A stretch of 64,000 nucleotides of DNA, from NCBI GenBank assembly GCA_965116885.1, contig OZ220741.1, positions 3,424,001 through 3,488,000 on the forward strand, read 5' to 3'. This document shows, in pieces, positions 20,299 to 29,838 of this stretch. Position 1 is the first letter of the stretch. Every line of letters starts with the position of its first letter. The DNA comes from Candidatus Latescibacterota bacterium (GTDB lineage: Bacteria; Latescibacterota; UBA2968). Below the pieces are notes generated by a model that had not been told where the DNA came from, did no database searches, and was given only the letters and a program-made list of their open reading frames with translations. A program made the position numbers and the translations under genes.

Positions 20299-21032
20299 TT
20301 TAATCTGTCCGGTTTCACCCAGACTGAAACATGGCTGTGACTTACGCCAGTAAATGGCTCTTGATCCCAACCTGCCCAGCGTTCCACTAATGTCATTCCA
20401 GCCAGCTGAGCCATCAAATCGAGCTCCGCTGGCCAGACGTATCTAAATGGTGTAGAAAACAGCTCTATATTGCCATCGACGATTCGGGCGTGATGAGACG
20501 TTAGACCCTGCGAGACAACATCATACTCATCAACACCCCAATGCTTTTCGCTGAGGTCGTAAGCGAGTAACGTCTCACTTTTCGCCAGGCGCTGAAGCTG
20601 AGGAACCATAACTTCGATAACGAAATGGCCTCCAGGCTTGAGATGCGCTGCCGCATTACGAAAGCAAGCTACTTGAGACGTCTGTGTCGTGAGGTTCATG
20701 ATTGTGTTGAACACGAGGTATACCAAAGAGAACGAGCCATCAACAATAGTTGTCGAAAAATCGCCAATCGTTACATCAACTTCTTCGCCATCTTGCTTCA
20801 ACTTGAGCCTCTCGATCATTGCCTTGGACATGTCCACACCATGCACAGGGACTCCTCGCCGGGCAAGTGGCAATGCGATTCGCCCTGTGCCAATGCCGAA
20901 CTCAAGGGCACTTCCATCACCCGAAAGCTTGAAAAGAAAATTGACGACAGGATCAACTACTGCAGGATCGAACATCTCGGCATCATCATCGTACGTCGCC
21001 GCTCTTCGTTCATTAAAGTAGCCGTCATCCAT
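20295..21032 (-). CDS. Class I SAM-dependent methyltransferase
   Basis: ALEFGIGTGR, VFNTIMNL, WPAELDLMA. Confidence 0.9.
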   Translation of the reverse strand: MDDGYFNERRAATYDDDAEMFDPAVVDPVVNFLFKLSGDGSALEFGIGTGRIALPLARRGVPVHGVDMSKAMIERLKLKQDGEEVDVTIGDFSTTIVDGSFSLVYLVFNTIMNLTTQTSQVACFRNAAAHLKPGGHFVIEVMVPQLQRLAKSETLLAYDLSEKHWGVDEYDVVSQGLTSHHARIVDGNIELFSTPFRYVWPAELDLMAQLAGMTLVERWAGWDQEPFTGVSHSHVSVWVKPDRLK

Positions 21033-21070
21033 AATCTACCTCTACGAGAATTATCCAAAAAAATATTGCT

Positions 21071-21094
21071 TGTAGCTCCACCAAAACGGGTCAA
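21071..21094 (+). mobile_element. Possible orphan IS3-like terminal inverted repeat (copy A)
   Basis: TGTAGCTCCACCAAAACGGGTCAA shares CAAAACGGGTCAA with 54945-54957; starts with TG; no transposase nearby. Confidence 0.3.
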
Positions 21095-21106
21095 GCCCAC
21101 TTGACT

Positions 21107-21144
21107 AAACGAAAACCCCGTGCATGGAAAATACACACGGGGCT
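21107..21144 (-). terminator. Intrinsic terminator after the NDT-like gene
   Basis: CCCCGTG/CACGGGG stem followed by TTTTCGTTT on the minus strand. Confidence 0.6.
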
Positions 21145-21174
21145 GAAAACACGAATCCATCCTCAGGCTTCTAT

Positions 21175-21792
21175 TCATCTTACCCACTCCTCAATGAACC
21201 CGACATACTCAGGCACAGGCATCATTTGTAGATCTTTATCCCTAAAGCCCTCGGCCTCTCTCTTTTGATAAAAGTCCGCCATAAATTCGTTGAATTGGTC
21301 CCAAATTACGGTCCCGCTGGGCAGACCTTCAATGCCTACCTCAACAAACCAGTTCCTCACTTGACGGATGACTTCCTCAGGCTCATTCTGGTGGCGCTTA
21401 ATGTCGGAGTTCGACAGATCAGACAATGCCTTTTGGTAATCGTACTGTTCAGTTTCCAGGATCAAACACCGCTTTTGACTCAGTGGGCCGTTAGAGAAGA
21501 CCCTGCAGCCGATGTCGAGACCCAGTTCGAAGGGCATGTTCATCCTGTGAATTTCGCCCTCGAATGACGCTCGCATCCTCGAAAGATCATGCACACTGTA
21601 TTTTGACTCACGTATCAATTCACAGATTCGATTGATCCTCGCAGATCCAGAGTCAAAAGTCTCCGAAGCAATCCTCACCGTCATACCTGCTCGAACAACA
21701 CTGAATAGCAGAGGTCTCAAGAGAGGAATATACTCGTCGTCGAAGGGGCAGTTGATAAAGACGTTGGTATGAAATTCTCCTCCGCTGTTCAC
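21175..21792 (-). CDS. Conserved hypothetical protein, NDT/TIR-like Rossmannoid fold
   Basis: NVFINCPFD, SVHDLS, NMPFELG motifs; GTG overlaps the upstream stop (GTGA). Confidence 0.65.
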   Translation of the reverse strand: MNSGGEFHTNVFINCPFDDEYIPLLRPLLFSVVRAGMTVRIASETFDSGSARINRICELIRESKYSVHDLSRMRASFEGEIHRMNMPFELGLDIGCRVFSNGPLSQKRCLILETEQYDYQKALSDLSNSDIKRHQNEPEEVIRQVRNWFVEVGIEGLPSGTVIWDQFNEFMADFYQKREAEGFRDKDLQMMPVPEYVGFIEEWVR

Positions 21793-22004
21793 TTAGCCCG
21801 TTTCCATTTTTGTATGGATCCATCTCGTTCGTGGATGACGACATCCCTACCCTTCGAAATCTTGCTTGCGCTTCTTTCGGCATCGGACTTAGTGCTGTAG
21901 ATTTTTGAAGCTTTGGAATTCCCTTCCTTCTTGACTGCCCAACCATCTTTTCTTGAGATGACATGCACTCTTTCGCCATTGGTTGCTTGTGAATTTCTTG
22001 CCAT
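21789..22004 (-). CDS. DUF2188 family protein
   Basis: HVISRKDGWAVKKEG...TKSDA...VVIHERDGSIQ; RBS AAAGGA. Confidence 0.85.
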   Translation of the reverse strand: MARNSQATNGERVHVISRKDGWAVKKEGNSKASKIYSTKSDAERSASKISKGRDVVIHERDGSIQKWKRAK

Positions 22005-22125
22005 GGCAGGTCCTTTCTCATCTTCGCAGGTGCCTATCTAAGTCTCCTGACAATATATCAAAATGTGTAGATAAACAAAAGCGATTAGCCTCATTTTTTT
22101 ATTTTTTTACACACTATGCTTGCTG

Positions 22126-22260
22126 TCACTTATCCCTATTCTTGGTAGCAACGAAGATCATCTCTTTTTCGTGTTCGGAATTCAGGGTCGCGTCTGTCCA
22201 ATCCCCTTTGACATCGACATCTTGAAAGCCTGCCAATTCCAGCATCCACATCAGTTCATT
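22126..22260 (-). pseudogene. C-terminal remnant of a methyltransferase
   Basis: NELMWMLELAGFQDVDVKGDWTDATLNSEHEKEMIFVATKNRDK* is homologous to the C-terminus of 34930-35733; no start. Confidence 0.8.
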
Positions 22261-22272
22261 CGCTCGGAAGGC

Positions 22273-23058
22273 TCATTCCGGCTTTCGCGCTGATACGAAA
22301 AAGTCGGATGGTAGTGTTCCCTGTCCGGAGCCACGGACCTCCTCATCCGTCCGCTCCAGCATCCGATCCACGATCAGACCCGAGGCGAAAACCGCGTTCA
22401 AGATGTCCGCCAGGGTGTGCGGAAACTCGACGGCGACCAGGTCTGGGTTTCCATACTGGTAGGGACCGGAACTCTCATTGCATTGAGAATACTCCGGTGT
22501 ACGGTCGCCATACACCCGATTTACCGTCCAGGTCCTACCGTCCTCGCTGTTGAGGGTCCAGGCTGAAATCGGATGCATTTCCCGCAAGACGAGTCGTCCG
22601 CCCGGCCGGAGTACGCGACACCAGTTCCGGCACGCCGTCGGTATGTCTTCATACATCCAGAAGTTGTAGTCCGCATAGACCAGGTCGAATCGATTGTCCT
22701 CGATCTTCGACAAACGTTGGGAGTCATCGACGAAGAAGTTGACATCAAGGTCTACCTTGAGAGCGTTCTCTTTTGCCAACTCAATCGCTGCCGCACTGAA
22801 GTCACATCCCCAAACGTTGGCGCCGAGGATGCTCAGAGAAAAGACCTGACTGGCGTCTCCAGCACAGCTCAACACGAGCACGTCGAGGCCACGCACATCG
22901 CCGAGCATGTCCAGCTCGTCCTGATCGAAGTCGTGCTCGCGGTTTCGGTACTGTGCGTAGTATCGCGGTTTGTTGGTGCTGGCTTCGAACCAGCCCCGAT
23001 GGCACGCTTCCCAGGCGGCGCGGTTCATCTCCAGATGTTCTCGTTTGGATCGCGTCAT
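22273..23058 (-). CDS. Class I SAM-dependent methyltransferase
   Basis: Variant motif I VLVLSCAGD, GCDFS, VLRPGG, EMHP. Confidence 0.85.
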   Translation of the reverse strand: MTRSKREHLEMNRAAWEACHRGWFEASTNKPRYYAQYRNREHDFDQDELDMLGDVRGLDVLVLSCAGDASQVFSLSILGANVWGCDFSAAAIELAKENALKVDLDVNFFVDDSQRLSKIEDNRFDLVYADYNFWMYEDIPTACRNWCRVLRPGGRLVLREMHPISAWTLNSEDGRTWTVNRVYGDRTPEYSQCNESSGPYQYGNPDLVAVEFPHTLADILNAVFASGLIVDRMLERTDEEVRGSGQGTLPSDFFVSARKPE

Positions 23059-23203
23059 AGATGATGTTCTCCAGCAAACTGGTTTCTAACGATCTACCCA
23101 GTCAAGAATGGCTTGCCTGAGAGGAACAGCGCGAACATCGATTGGTTGTATCTATCGAATCGTTTGAAGCTCAGACTCGGATCGTCTTCCAACTTCGCCC
23201 AAG

Positions 23204-23299
23204 CCGGTAAGCGAAATTATTTAGTCACCATCCCATAGCAAAGTATGTTGCAGCCAGGCAATCAAATTTGCCGCAATAATCCATCTTAGAAAAGTCATC
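23204..23299 (-). pseudogene. Degenerate fragment of a MacB/FtsX permease
   Basis: With frameshifts and a stop reads FLRWIIAANLIAW(P)ATYFAMGW*LNNFAYR, matching FLKWVLLANVIAYPVSYQLVSYWLAEFAYR in 29839-32244. Confidence 0.6.
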
Positions 23300-23332
23300 G
23301 CATGGCTCTCCATTTATGTGTCGTGCGATTCT

Positions 23333-24148
23333 CTATCCGTCGCCGAATGTGCCAATTGCGATTTCGTAATCGTGCCTGTCGGCGAACCCCACCTTTTCTG
23401 CCACCCTGATTGACGGTATGTTGCTTGCCCAACAGTCCCAGTAGGGATTTATTCCAGAAGCGAGGGCGTACCTGACAAACTCTCCAGCCACCGCAGTGGC
23501 AATGCCCCTTCTCTCGTATGCTTCAATCGTCTCGATGCCTATGCCGCACTTGCCTTCGCTCACGTATTCTGCTGTACACCAACAGACAACTGAAGTTCCA
23601 TCGAGCATCGCAAAGCCGAATCCCTGGTCGAGAAATATTTCAAGGGATGGCCAGCCTCCCAGGATCTCATCTTTGACCGAGCCAATGTGTACAAAGTCAC
23701 TTTGGAGCAATTGGGTGTCGATCTGCCTGAGCTTCAGCGGGGGCGATGGGACTTCAATTCTCGATGAGCTGTCCCGAACAGAGCAGTAAATCCGTCTTTC
23801 CACGTTCTTGTGCGAGAGCGGGCCGAAAATCTCCTCCAGCCGGAGGCTCCATGCATCTGGTGAATAGTAGAGCTTGAAGAACCCGAGTTCTCTTGACTGA
23901 CCCTCTGGCTGGATTTCAGTCGAGAAGATCTCTCGCAGCCCATTGTTGGCTTCAACGCCTTCAAAGTCTCCTACGAGGTAGATACACCGGCCTTCCCAGG
24001 CTAATACGGTCCGCGGGGTAGCTGGATCGTCTGCCCAGACTCTGGCAGGGGTTTTGCCATCGATAATGCTATCTACAACGAGGCGGAGGTTGGGCGTATT
24101 AAAATGAGGCGGAATTGACGAGGTCTCTTTACTGTGAAGTAGGTGCAT
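23333..24148 (-). CDS. GNAT acetyltransferase (GNAT_acetyltran-like)
   Basis: GIGIETIEAYERRGIA, WDCWASNIPSIRVAEKVGF. Confidence 0.88.
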   Translation of the reverse strand: MHLLHSKETSSIPPHFNTPNLRLVVDSIIDGKTPARVWADDPATPRTVLAWEGRCIYLVGDFEGVEANNGLREIFSTEIQPEGQSRELGFFKLYYSPDAWSLRLEEIFGPLSHKNVERRIYCSVRDSSSRIEVPSPPLKLRQIDTQLLQSDFVHIGSVKDEILGGWPSLEIFLDQGFGFAMLDGTSVVCWCTAEYVSEGKCGIGIETIEAYERRGIATAVAGEFVRYALASGINPYWDCWASNIPSIRVAEKVGFADRHDYEIAIGTFGDG

Positions 24149-24189
24149 GGTGTCTCACTCTGTCTGCTTTTGTTAGCCGAATGCGGGTT

Positions 24190-24996
24190 CTAATCAGCCG
24201 GTTTCGTGGCTATGAAAACCATGTCCTTATGCTCAGCGTTCAGGGGCTCGTCCGAGAAGTTACCCTTCACCTCCACGTCGGCAAATCCCGCCAACTGTAG
24301 CATCCAGAGTACCTCATTGCGATGATACCAGCGCGTCTGACCCACATGCACCTCTTCCTCGGTAATCTGATTACCGTCATGAATCTCGTATCGGCGTTCC
24401 TGCATCTGGATCTGTTCAACTGGATCCTCTCCCGTGTCTCGTATATATACCAACAATCGTCGGCCATCTGGAAGCACCTTGTTTGATCGCTATGTCCATT
24501 CTCCCGGATAGGTCTTCGCTTCTTCTTTGCTGCCGTAGTAGTTCCGGTTTCCCGGAGAACAGGCGAATACGAGTTGTCCTTTCGGTTTTAGGTGGGTGAA
24601 ACAACGTCGCAATGTCTCCAATGCCTCGGCGCGATCCATGACACACTCGAAGCTCCCGCAGGGGATGTAAATGGTCCTGTACCTATGCGGCACGTCGAAC
24701 GCCTGCATAGATTGCCCATAAAGGACTGGTTTGACTCCGACGCGCTCTGCATCCCGGCGGCACACTGTTAGTTGATCTGCTGATATGTCTATTCCCTCAA
24801 CGTCAAGGCCCTCCTGCAAATAGGCGATCAACAAGCGACCCGCACCACACCCCAATTCGAGTGCTTTGTCCGAATTTTTCACGATTATGGAACGATAAAA
24901 TTCCTGATCTCTACGGGGGTCGGTAACCGATATTGTGGCCCAATGGACGGACGCCAGGCCGGTGTATAGATCGCGTTCGTCGTATCGCTGTTGCAT
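24190..24996 (-). pseudogene. Methyltransferase with premature amber stop (paralog of 34930-35733)
   Basis: Near-identical to 34930-35733; TAG at 24490-24492 where the paralog has TTG; frame continues to 24190. Confidence 0.88.
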
Positions 24997-25030
24997 TGTG
25001 TTGTCCTCGAGAAAATGGTCAGTCTGGTCC

Positions 25031-25942
25031 TTATAGCTGCTTTGTCATAACGACATACTCGCGGTTGACACGCCATCCATTGACTTCGTAGAACTTTCGG
25101 GGAACAATGGGAGCAAACATGGATGTCGCTCCTCTTTGCTTGAGAACTCTCGCGGCTTCCCTCAGAAGGCTGGAGCCAATCCCCTGGCGACGATAGTCGG
25201 GAAGCAAAGCGATGTAGCTTATACCTGCGACTCCGCTTGGGCTAATCAACGCATCAATACAACCGATCAACTCGCCATCTACACGCACCAGTAATCGAAC
25301 CCGCTTCGGATTATAATGGCGGTATTGATCGATCCAGTCGGGCCAGACCCACACTTTCTTCCCAAGTCGCTTGACAAACGCCATCATATCTTCCAGCTCT
25401 TCAATGCGGTATTCCAAGATCACATGCTTCAAGGACCGGGGTTGGGGTGCGGCCTCAATGTCCTGAAAATCGGCCTCAACATCGGTTATGATCCTGCCCC
25501 TCTCGAAACCGTGATGCCCAAGAAAGCGAATGGCCTCTGCATGGCAGACGTCGATTCCCTTTACCGTCCCAACCCAGGCATGCGATGTTGCAACATTTAG
25601 ATGCCTGCCCCCCTTCGATTGGACGGATTCAATCATCTCGGATAACAGAGCAGTCCCAATGCCCTGTCGTCGGTATTTATCTCCCACGTAGATCGCGCGA
25701 AGTGCTTCCCCTAATACGCTGGCAAAACCGATGATTTTTCTATCGAGTACTGCAATTTTTGAAAATCCCTTTTCTTTTTTTGGCAGAACAAAGTCCCTGA
25801 ATGGCTCCAACCAGCTTTCGAGTGGGGCAAAGGGCACTGCCTTGTTCCAGCCAGCCTGAATTGTCTCGAGATCATCGGGAACAGGTGTTCTAAAAATTAC
25901 ATCAACAGGCATAACAGGGTGCTTCTGTTTACTCAATTCCAT
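25031..25942 (-). CDS. Tandem GNAT acetyltransferase
   Basis: Two YRRQGIG motif A copies. Confidence 0.88.
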   Translation of the reverse strand: MELSKQKHPVMPVDVIFRTPVPDDLETIQAGWNKAVPFAPLESWLEPFRDFVLPKKEKGFSKIAVLDRKIIGFASVLGEALRAIYVGDKYRRQGIGTALLSEMIESVQSKGGRHLNVATSHAWVGTVKGIDVCHAEAIRFLGHHGFERGRIITDVEADFQDIEAAPQPRSLKHVILEYRIEELEDMMAFVKRLGKKVWVWPDWIDQYRHYNPKRVRLLVRVDGELIGCIDALISPSGVAGISYIALLPDYRRQGIGSSLLREAARVLKQRGATSMFAPIVPRKFYEVNGWRVNREYVVMTKQL

Positions 25943-26050
25943 GAGACGCCCTTATACTGAGCAGATTGCGCGCATAGCGTTTCCTTTTCTTTTTCTTGAT
26001 CCAAAAGTGCATCCGTTCTTGGGTATAAGGTGAGAAAGAGTCTAAGCCGA

Positions 26051-26216
26051 AAAGGAGGTGAGGCACTTGTGTAAAATGATGACGGTTCCTCTATGAGGAA
26101 GAGGCATGCGTATGCCACAAACGAGAATCGAACAGAAAAAACAGGTTGCGCTATTCGCTTTGAATGGCGTTTTTTTTTCGTCGGCCACTGCACCAATGGA
26201 TGCTGTGGCCTTTTTT
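26051..26216 (+). promoter_or_regulatory. Structured leader with uORFs and two intrinsic terminator-like hairpins
   Basis: RBS AAAGGAGGTGA + 9-codon uORF 26067-26096; hairpin 26149-26169 + T9; hairpin 26183-26210 + T6. Confidence 0.5.
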
Positions 26217-26230
26217 ATTTGGGGGTGCCT

Positions 26231-27193
26231 ATGAATATCCTGAAAGATGGTTGCTGTCCACGGCGACGTTGGGGAAAAACGGAGTTGTCCATCCCGGTAA
26301 TTGCCTTTGGAAGTGATGGCTTTGGCAATCGGTTCGGCCACGTAAGTGATGAAACTGCCATAAGGCTCATGCAACGCGCTGTAGAGTTAGGTGTCAATCA
26401 CTTTGACTGCGCTCGATGCTATGGAGATTCGCTACGCAAAATAGGATTGGCAATTAAGCAAAACGCAATCAAACGAGAGGATTTAATTATCACTGGCCGA
26501 ATATGTTGTCACGGTAGTGGCCAATGGGGTCTCTTTGGAAAAGGAGATCCTGAATATGCATCAGAAGTCGCTGATTATTCGTCAGATCGCGTGCTGCCAG
26601 ATATTGAAGATCAACTCAAACGCCTGGAAATCGACCGCTTCGATGCGCTGCTCGTTCACGGCCCCTGGCCTGTCGAACCATCCCTTGTACCGGGCGGTAT
26701 CCTCGAAGGTCTGGAACAAGCCCGAGATCGCGGTCTGGTAGATTTCATCGGTTATGGCATGCACCACCCTCCCTTTCATTTGAAAGCCATTGAATCGGGG
26801 CGGGTCGATGTCCTTTTGACCTACTCTGATTACAATCTGCTTCGCCAAAATGCAGCGGATGATATTCTGCCAGCGGCAGCAGCGCGTGACATTGGGGTAC
26901 TCAACGCCTGGTCTATTTTCAGAGGATGGCTAACGGGTTTACCCGTTGCGTCGTTTGTCCCTCGAAAGGAATGGAATGAAGATCATCACCGGGCTGAAAA
27001 TATCCGGCTCTGGTGTGAATCGCAAAATGTCGATATGCTCCAACTCTCTCTACAATTTTGCCTGCGGGAAGCTCGAATACACGGCAATCCAATTGGCATG
27101 ATGAACATTGAACAGTTGGAAATGAACGTGGCTGCTGTATTAAAACCACTGCCCGATGAAGTCTTCGACGCTTTCAAACTGGCGCACTTGTGA
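26231..27193 (+). CDS. Aldo/keto reductase
   Basis: GVNHFDCARCYG, DRFDALLVH; start placed at ATG 26231 after GGGGG. Confidence 0.88.
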   Translation: MNILKDGCCPRRRWGKTELSIPVIAFGSDGFGNRFGHVSDETAIRLMQRAVELGVNHFDCARCYGDSLRKIGLAIKQNAIKREDLIITGRICCHGSGQWGLFGKGDPEYASEVADYSSDRVLPDIEDQLKRLEIDRFDALLVHGPWPVEPSLVPGGILEGLEQARDRGLVDFIGYGMHHPPFHLKAIESGRVDVLLTYSDYNLLRQNAADDILPAAAARDIGVLNAWSIFRGWLTGLPVASFVPRKEWNEDHHRAENIRLWCESQNVDMLQLSLQFCLREARIHGNPIGMMNIEQLEMNVAAVLKPLPDEVFDAFKLAHL

Positions 27194-27319
27194 CCATAGG
27201 AGAAATCTCAGCGAGCCCCATGAAGAAATTTGGATGACTTGTGTATCGGTTTCACACACGGGACATCGATTTGATGGCGGCATGGTATTCTAATAGCAGT
27301 CATCGTCTGCACAATATAC

Positions 27320-28039
27320 TCAGATAGCATCAAGCAACCGAGCAACAGCCGTCTTCGGGTCGTCCCAGAAAGGGATACCGTGGGCACCACAGATGGCGTC
27401 AAAGCTCTCTTCGAACAAGCTGTGCAGGCTTTGCTTTAACCCTTCGGGGTCTTCATGGCGCTCGATGTAATTGGGTCGCGCTCCGAAATACAAACCCGAT
27501 AAGTAGCGGTAGTGGTCAGGCTGCGTCAAACTCTGTTCGACTTGACCGTTTAGGATGTCGCCTGTGAACAGCAACCGTTGACCGTTGGATGCGTGCCATA
27601 GTAGTGCGTGATCACCACCCCACGCACCCCGGAGTTTAATTGGCCTTAGACCACCGGGCAGGGTCTGGTTTGCTTCATAAAAATGGTCTGGCTTGCCCTC
27701 ATAGGCTATCCCGCGCCTCGATGGACCTACCACTGGTGCCCACACAGGGATACCCCATCGCTCGCGTATCATATAGCAAGCACGTTCGTGTCCGTCGCTG
27801 GTGAGCACAGAGGCTATTGGTATATCGCTGATCAAATCACACAAGTGCTCCTTGGCTTGTGCTTCTGGCTCCTCTGGATCAATCAGCACCCAGCCTTCTT
27901 CAGTACACAACGCATAAGACTCAAAGGGACTATAAGAAGCCAAGAGGATAGACCATCGCACCAGGAACGGCTCGGTCTCTGTCCCGAGTTCGATCACCAC
28001 GCGCGATTTTCTGTTCGGTTGGTTCTCCTGTTTTACCAT
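27320..28039 (-). CDS. MBL-fold-like hypothetical protein
   Basis: VLIDP, VLTSDGHER, LLFTGD, GAHG; canonical HxHxDH not intact; RBS AAAGGA before ATG 28039. Confidence 0.6.
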   Translation of the reverse strand: MVKQENQPNRKSRVVIELGTETEPFLVRWSILLASYSPFESYALCTEEGWVLIDPEEPEAQAKEHLCDLISDIPIASVLTSDGHERACYMIRERWGIPVWAPVVGPSRRGIAYEGKPDHFYEANQTLPGGLRPIKLRGAWGGDHALLWHASNGQRLLFTGDILNGQVEQSLTQPDHYRYLSGLYFGARPNYIERHEDPEGLKQSLHSLFEESFDAICGAHGIPFWDDPKTAVARLLDAI

Positions 28040-28074
28040 CAACATATCCTTTAGAAACAATTAGGGAGCAACAC

Positions 28075-29802
28075 ATGACCCAAGCAAGCAAATGGCGGAT
28101 AGAATTAGCTCGAAAAATCACCCCTATCTATGCTAATAACCCAAAAGTAAAAGCCGTCATAGTCGGCGGCTCTGTCAGTTATGGGGTGGCAGATCGGTAT
28201 TCCGATGTCGAAATTGGTGTCTTCTGGTCTGAACCACCGTCAGAAGATGAGCGGAAAGCCGCTGCTAACCTGATCGGCGTATATCGTGTTATTAAGCCGT
28301 TTTCTGAAAATGCTGAAGATCCTGATGCAGGGGCTAATGAAGACATTTACATTGCCGGTAACCGAGAAACAGGCTTCCAGGTCGATATCAAGCACAGATT
28401 AGCAGATGCAATAGAAAAAAATCTGAACAATCCTGAGAGTGATGCAGGCCACGTCATCCAAAATGCCATCCCATTATATGGGCATGCCCTGATTAAGCAA
28501 TGGAAAGCTGGTATTGTCCCTTACCCGAAGGAATTGAAAAAAAAGGAAATAGAAAATCGCTTTGGGAAATTAGGACCTTGGTGGCTGTGGGAAAAACTGG
28601 TTCAGGAAGATGAGAGAGTACTCATTTGCTTGAAATTCAACGGCATCTTGGAAGATATTACTGTGACGCTAAGATGGCTTAATAACGCTCACGACATTAA
28701 CTACATCAAATGGCCAGAACGCGCCATCCAAGAATTCCAGATTGTGCCCCGTGATTACTGGGCTCGATACCAGCTTATCTGTCGAGAATCTCCAAAAATT
28801 GGGATTCAGCAGCTTCGTTTACTCGTTGAGGAAACGCTTGATCTTGTGGAAACATACCTGCCGGAGATAGAAGTGGCAAGCATCAAAGAAAAAACTTTCA
28901 ACCAAAGACCCAAATGGGTTATAAGATCGGCAGTCAAAAAAAGTGAATTAAGCCTCTGGCAACATGATCTGCTAAACACTCTGACCCGAACTTACACCTC
29001 TATTCACAAAGTAAAGGCTATATTGTTAAGTGGAGCCATCTCTCAAAAGACTGAGGAGGACATCGAAATCACCATCTTCTGGTCCGAATCACCGTCGGAT
29101 GAGGATCGAAAGATCGCCAGTGGAGGAAGGCTCCAAAACCTTCATCCGTATGATGCAGAAAAGCAAATGAGGGAAGACAAATATAGGTTCAAGGGCGTCA
29201 ACATTCTCATCAGACACTACACGCTTGAAAGCGTGCAAAACATACTTATCAGTGTGATTGATCAATATGACCCTGCCCACTTTAAACAGACCGTAATTGC
29301 AACCCTCCAGCATGGCATACCATTGTATGGCGACGCAATTATACAAAAATGGCAAAACAAAGCGAGAGCCTATTCCAGAGAACTCGCACAAAATCGAGTG
29401 CGTCTGATCCTTTCAGAAATACCTTGGCAATGGTGCAACCGTATAGAAATTTATGCCCATCGCCAAGCTTTACCATTTTTCTCCTACCTATTATACTATC
29501 ACGCAATACATATGCTTCGTATATTGACGGCTTTGAATCGGATCTATATTCCTGGCGACTTGAACCGAATGAACCCATTCATAGAAAAATTTCAAATTGC
29601 CCCACCTGATTTCTCTGCTCGCTTAAAATCTATGTTCTTTTCGGAACCGATAACAGGTGTCAAACAACTCAATGGTCTGATAGAACACCTGTTTACCTGT
29701 ATCGAGTCCTATATGCCAGAAGTGGATACCACAGAAGCCCGAAATGGATACAAAAAAGAGCGACGAAAAGCTTGGGATCATCCCCCAGAAGGGGTATTGT
29801 AA
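28075..29802 (+). CDS. Protein with two nucleotidyltransferase-like repeats (DUF4037-associated type)
   Basis: VKAVIVGGSVSYGVADRYSDVEIGVFWSEPPS and a degenerate repeat VKAILLSGAISQKTEEDIEITIFWSESPS; IPLYG occurs twice. Confidence 0.65.
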   Translation: MTQASKWRIELARKITPIYANNPKVKAVIVGGSVSYGVADRYSDVEIGVFWSEPPSEDERKAAANLIGVYRVIKPFSENAEDPDAGANEDIYIAGNRETGFQVDIKHRLADAIEKNLNNPESDAGHVIQNAIPLYGHALIKQWKAGIVPYPKELKKKEIENRFGKLGPWWLWEKLVQEDERVLICLKFNGILEDITVTLRWLNNAHDINYIKWPERAIQEFQIVPRDYWARYQLICRESPKIGIQQLRLLVEETLDLVETYLPEIEVASIKEKTFNQRPKWVIRSAVKKSELSLWQHDLLNTLTRTYTSIHKVKAILLSGAISQKTEEDIEITIFWSESPSDEDRKIASGGRLQNLHPYDAEKQMREDKYRFKGVNILIRHYTLESVQNILISVIDQYDPAHFKQTVIATLQHGIPLYGDAIIQKWQNKARAYSRELAQNRVRLILSEIPWQWCNRIEIYAHRQALPFFSYLLYYHAIHMLRILTALNRIYIPGDLNRMNPFIEKFQIAPPDFSARLKSMFFSEPITGVKQLNGLIEHLFTCIESYMPEVDTTEARNGYKKERRKAWDHPPEGVL

Positions 29803-29815
29803 AATTCGTATCGTC

Positions 29816-29830
29816 ACCCGCAAAGCGGGT
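29816..29830. terminator. Hairpin between convergent genes
   Basis: ACCCGC-AAA-GCGGGT. Confidence 0.4.
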
Positions 29831-29838
29831 TGCCTCGT

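Noticed and set aside
24490..24492. Programmed amber readthrough (pyrrolysine or suppression by the tRNA-like gene)
   Set aside because: The paralog has Leu TTG (one substitution), there are no pyl genes, and the tRNA-like loop contains no CUA; simple pseudogenisation fits better.
25996..26029. Sigma70 promoter TTGATC...TATAAG for the AKR leader
   Set aside because: The spacer is 22 nt, too long to call.
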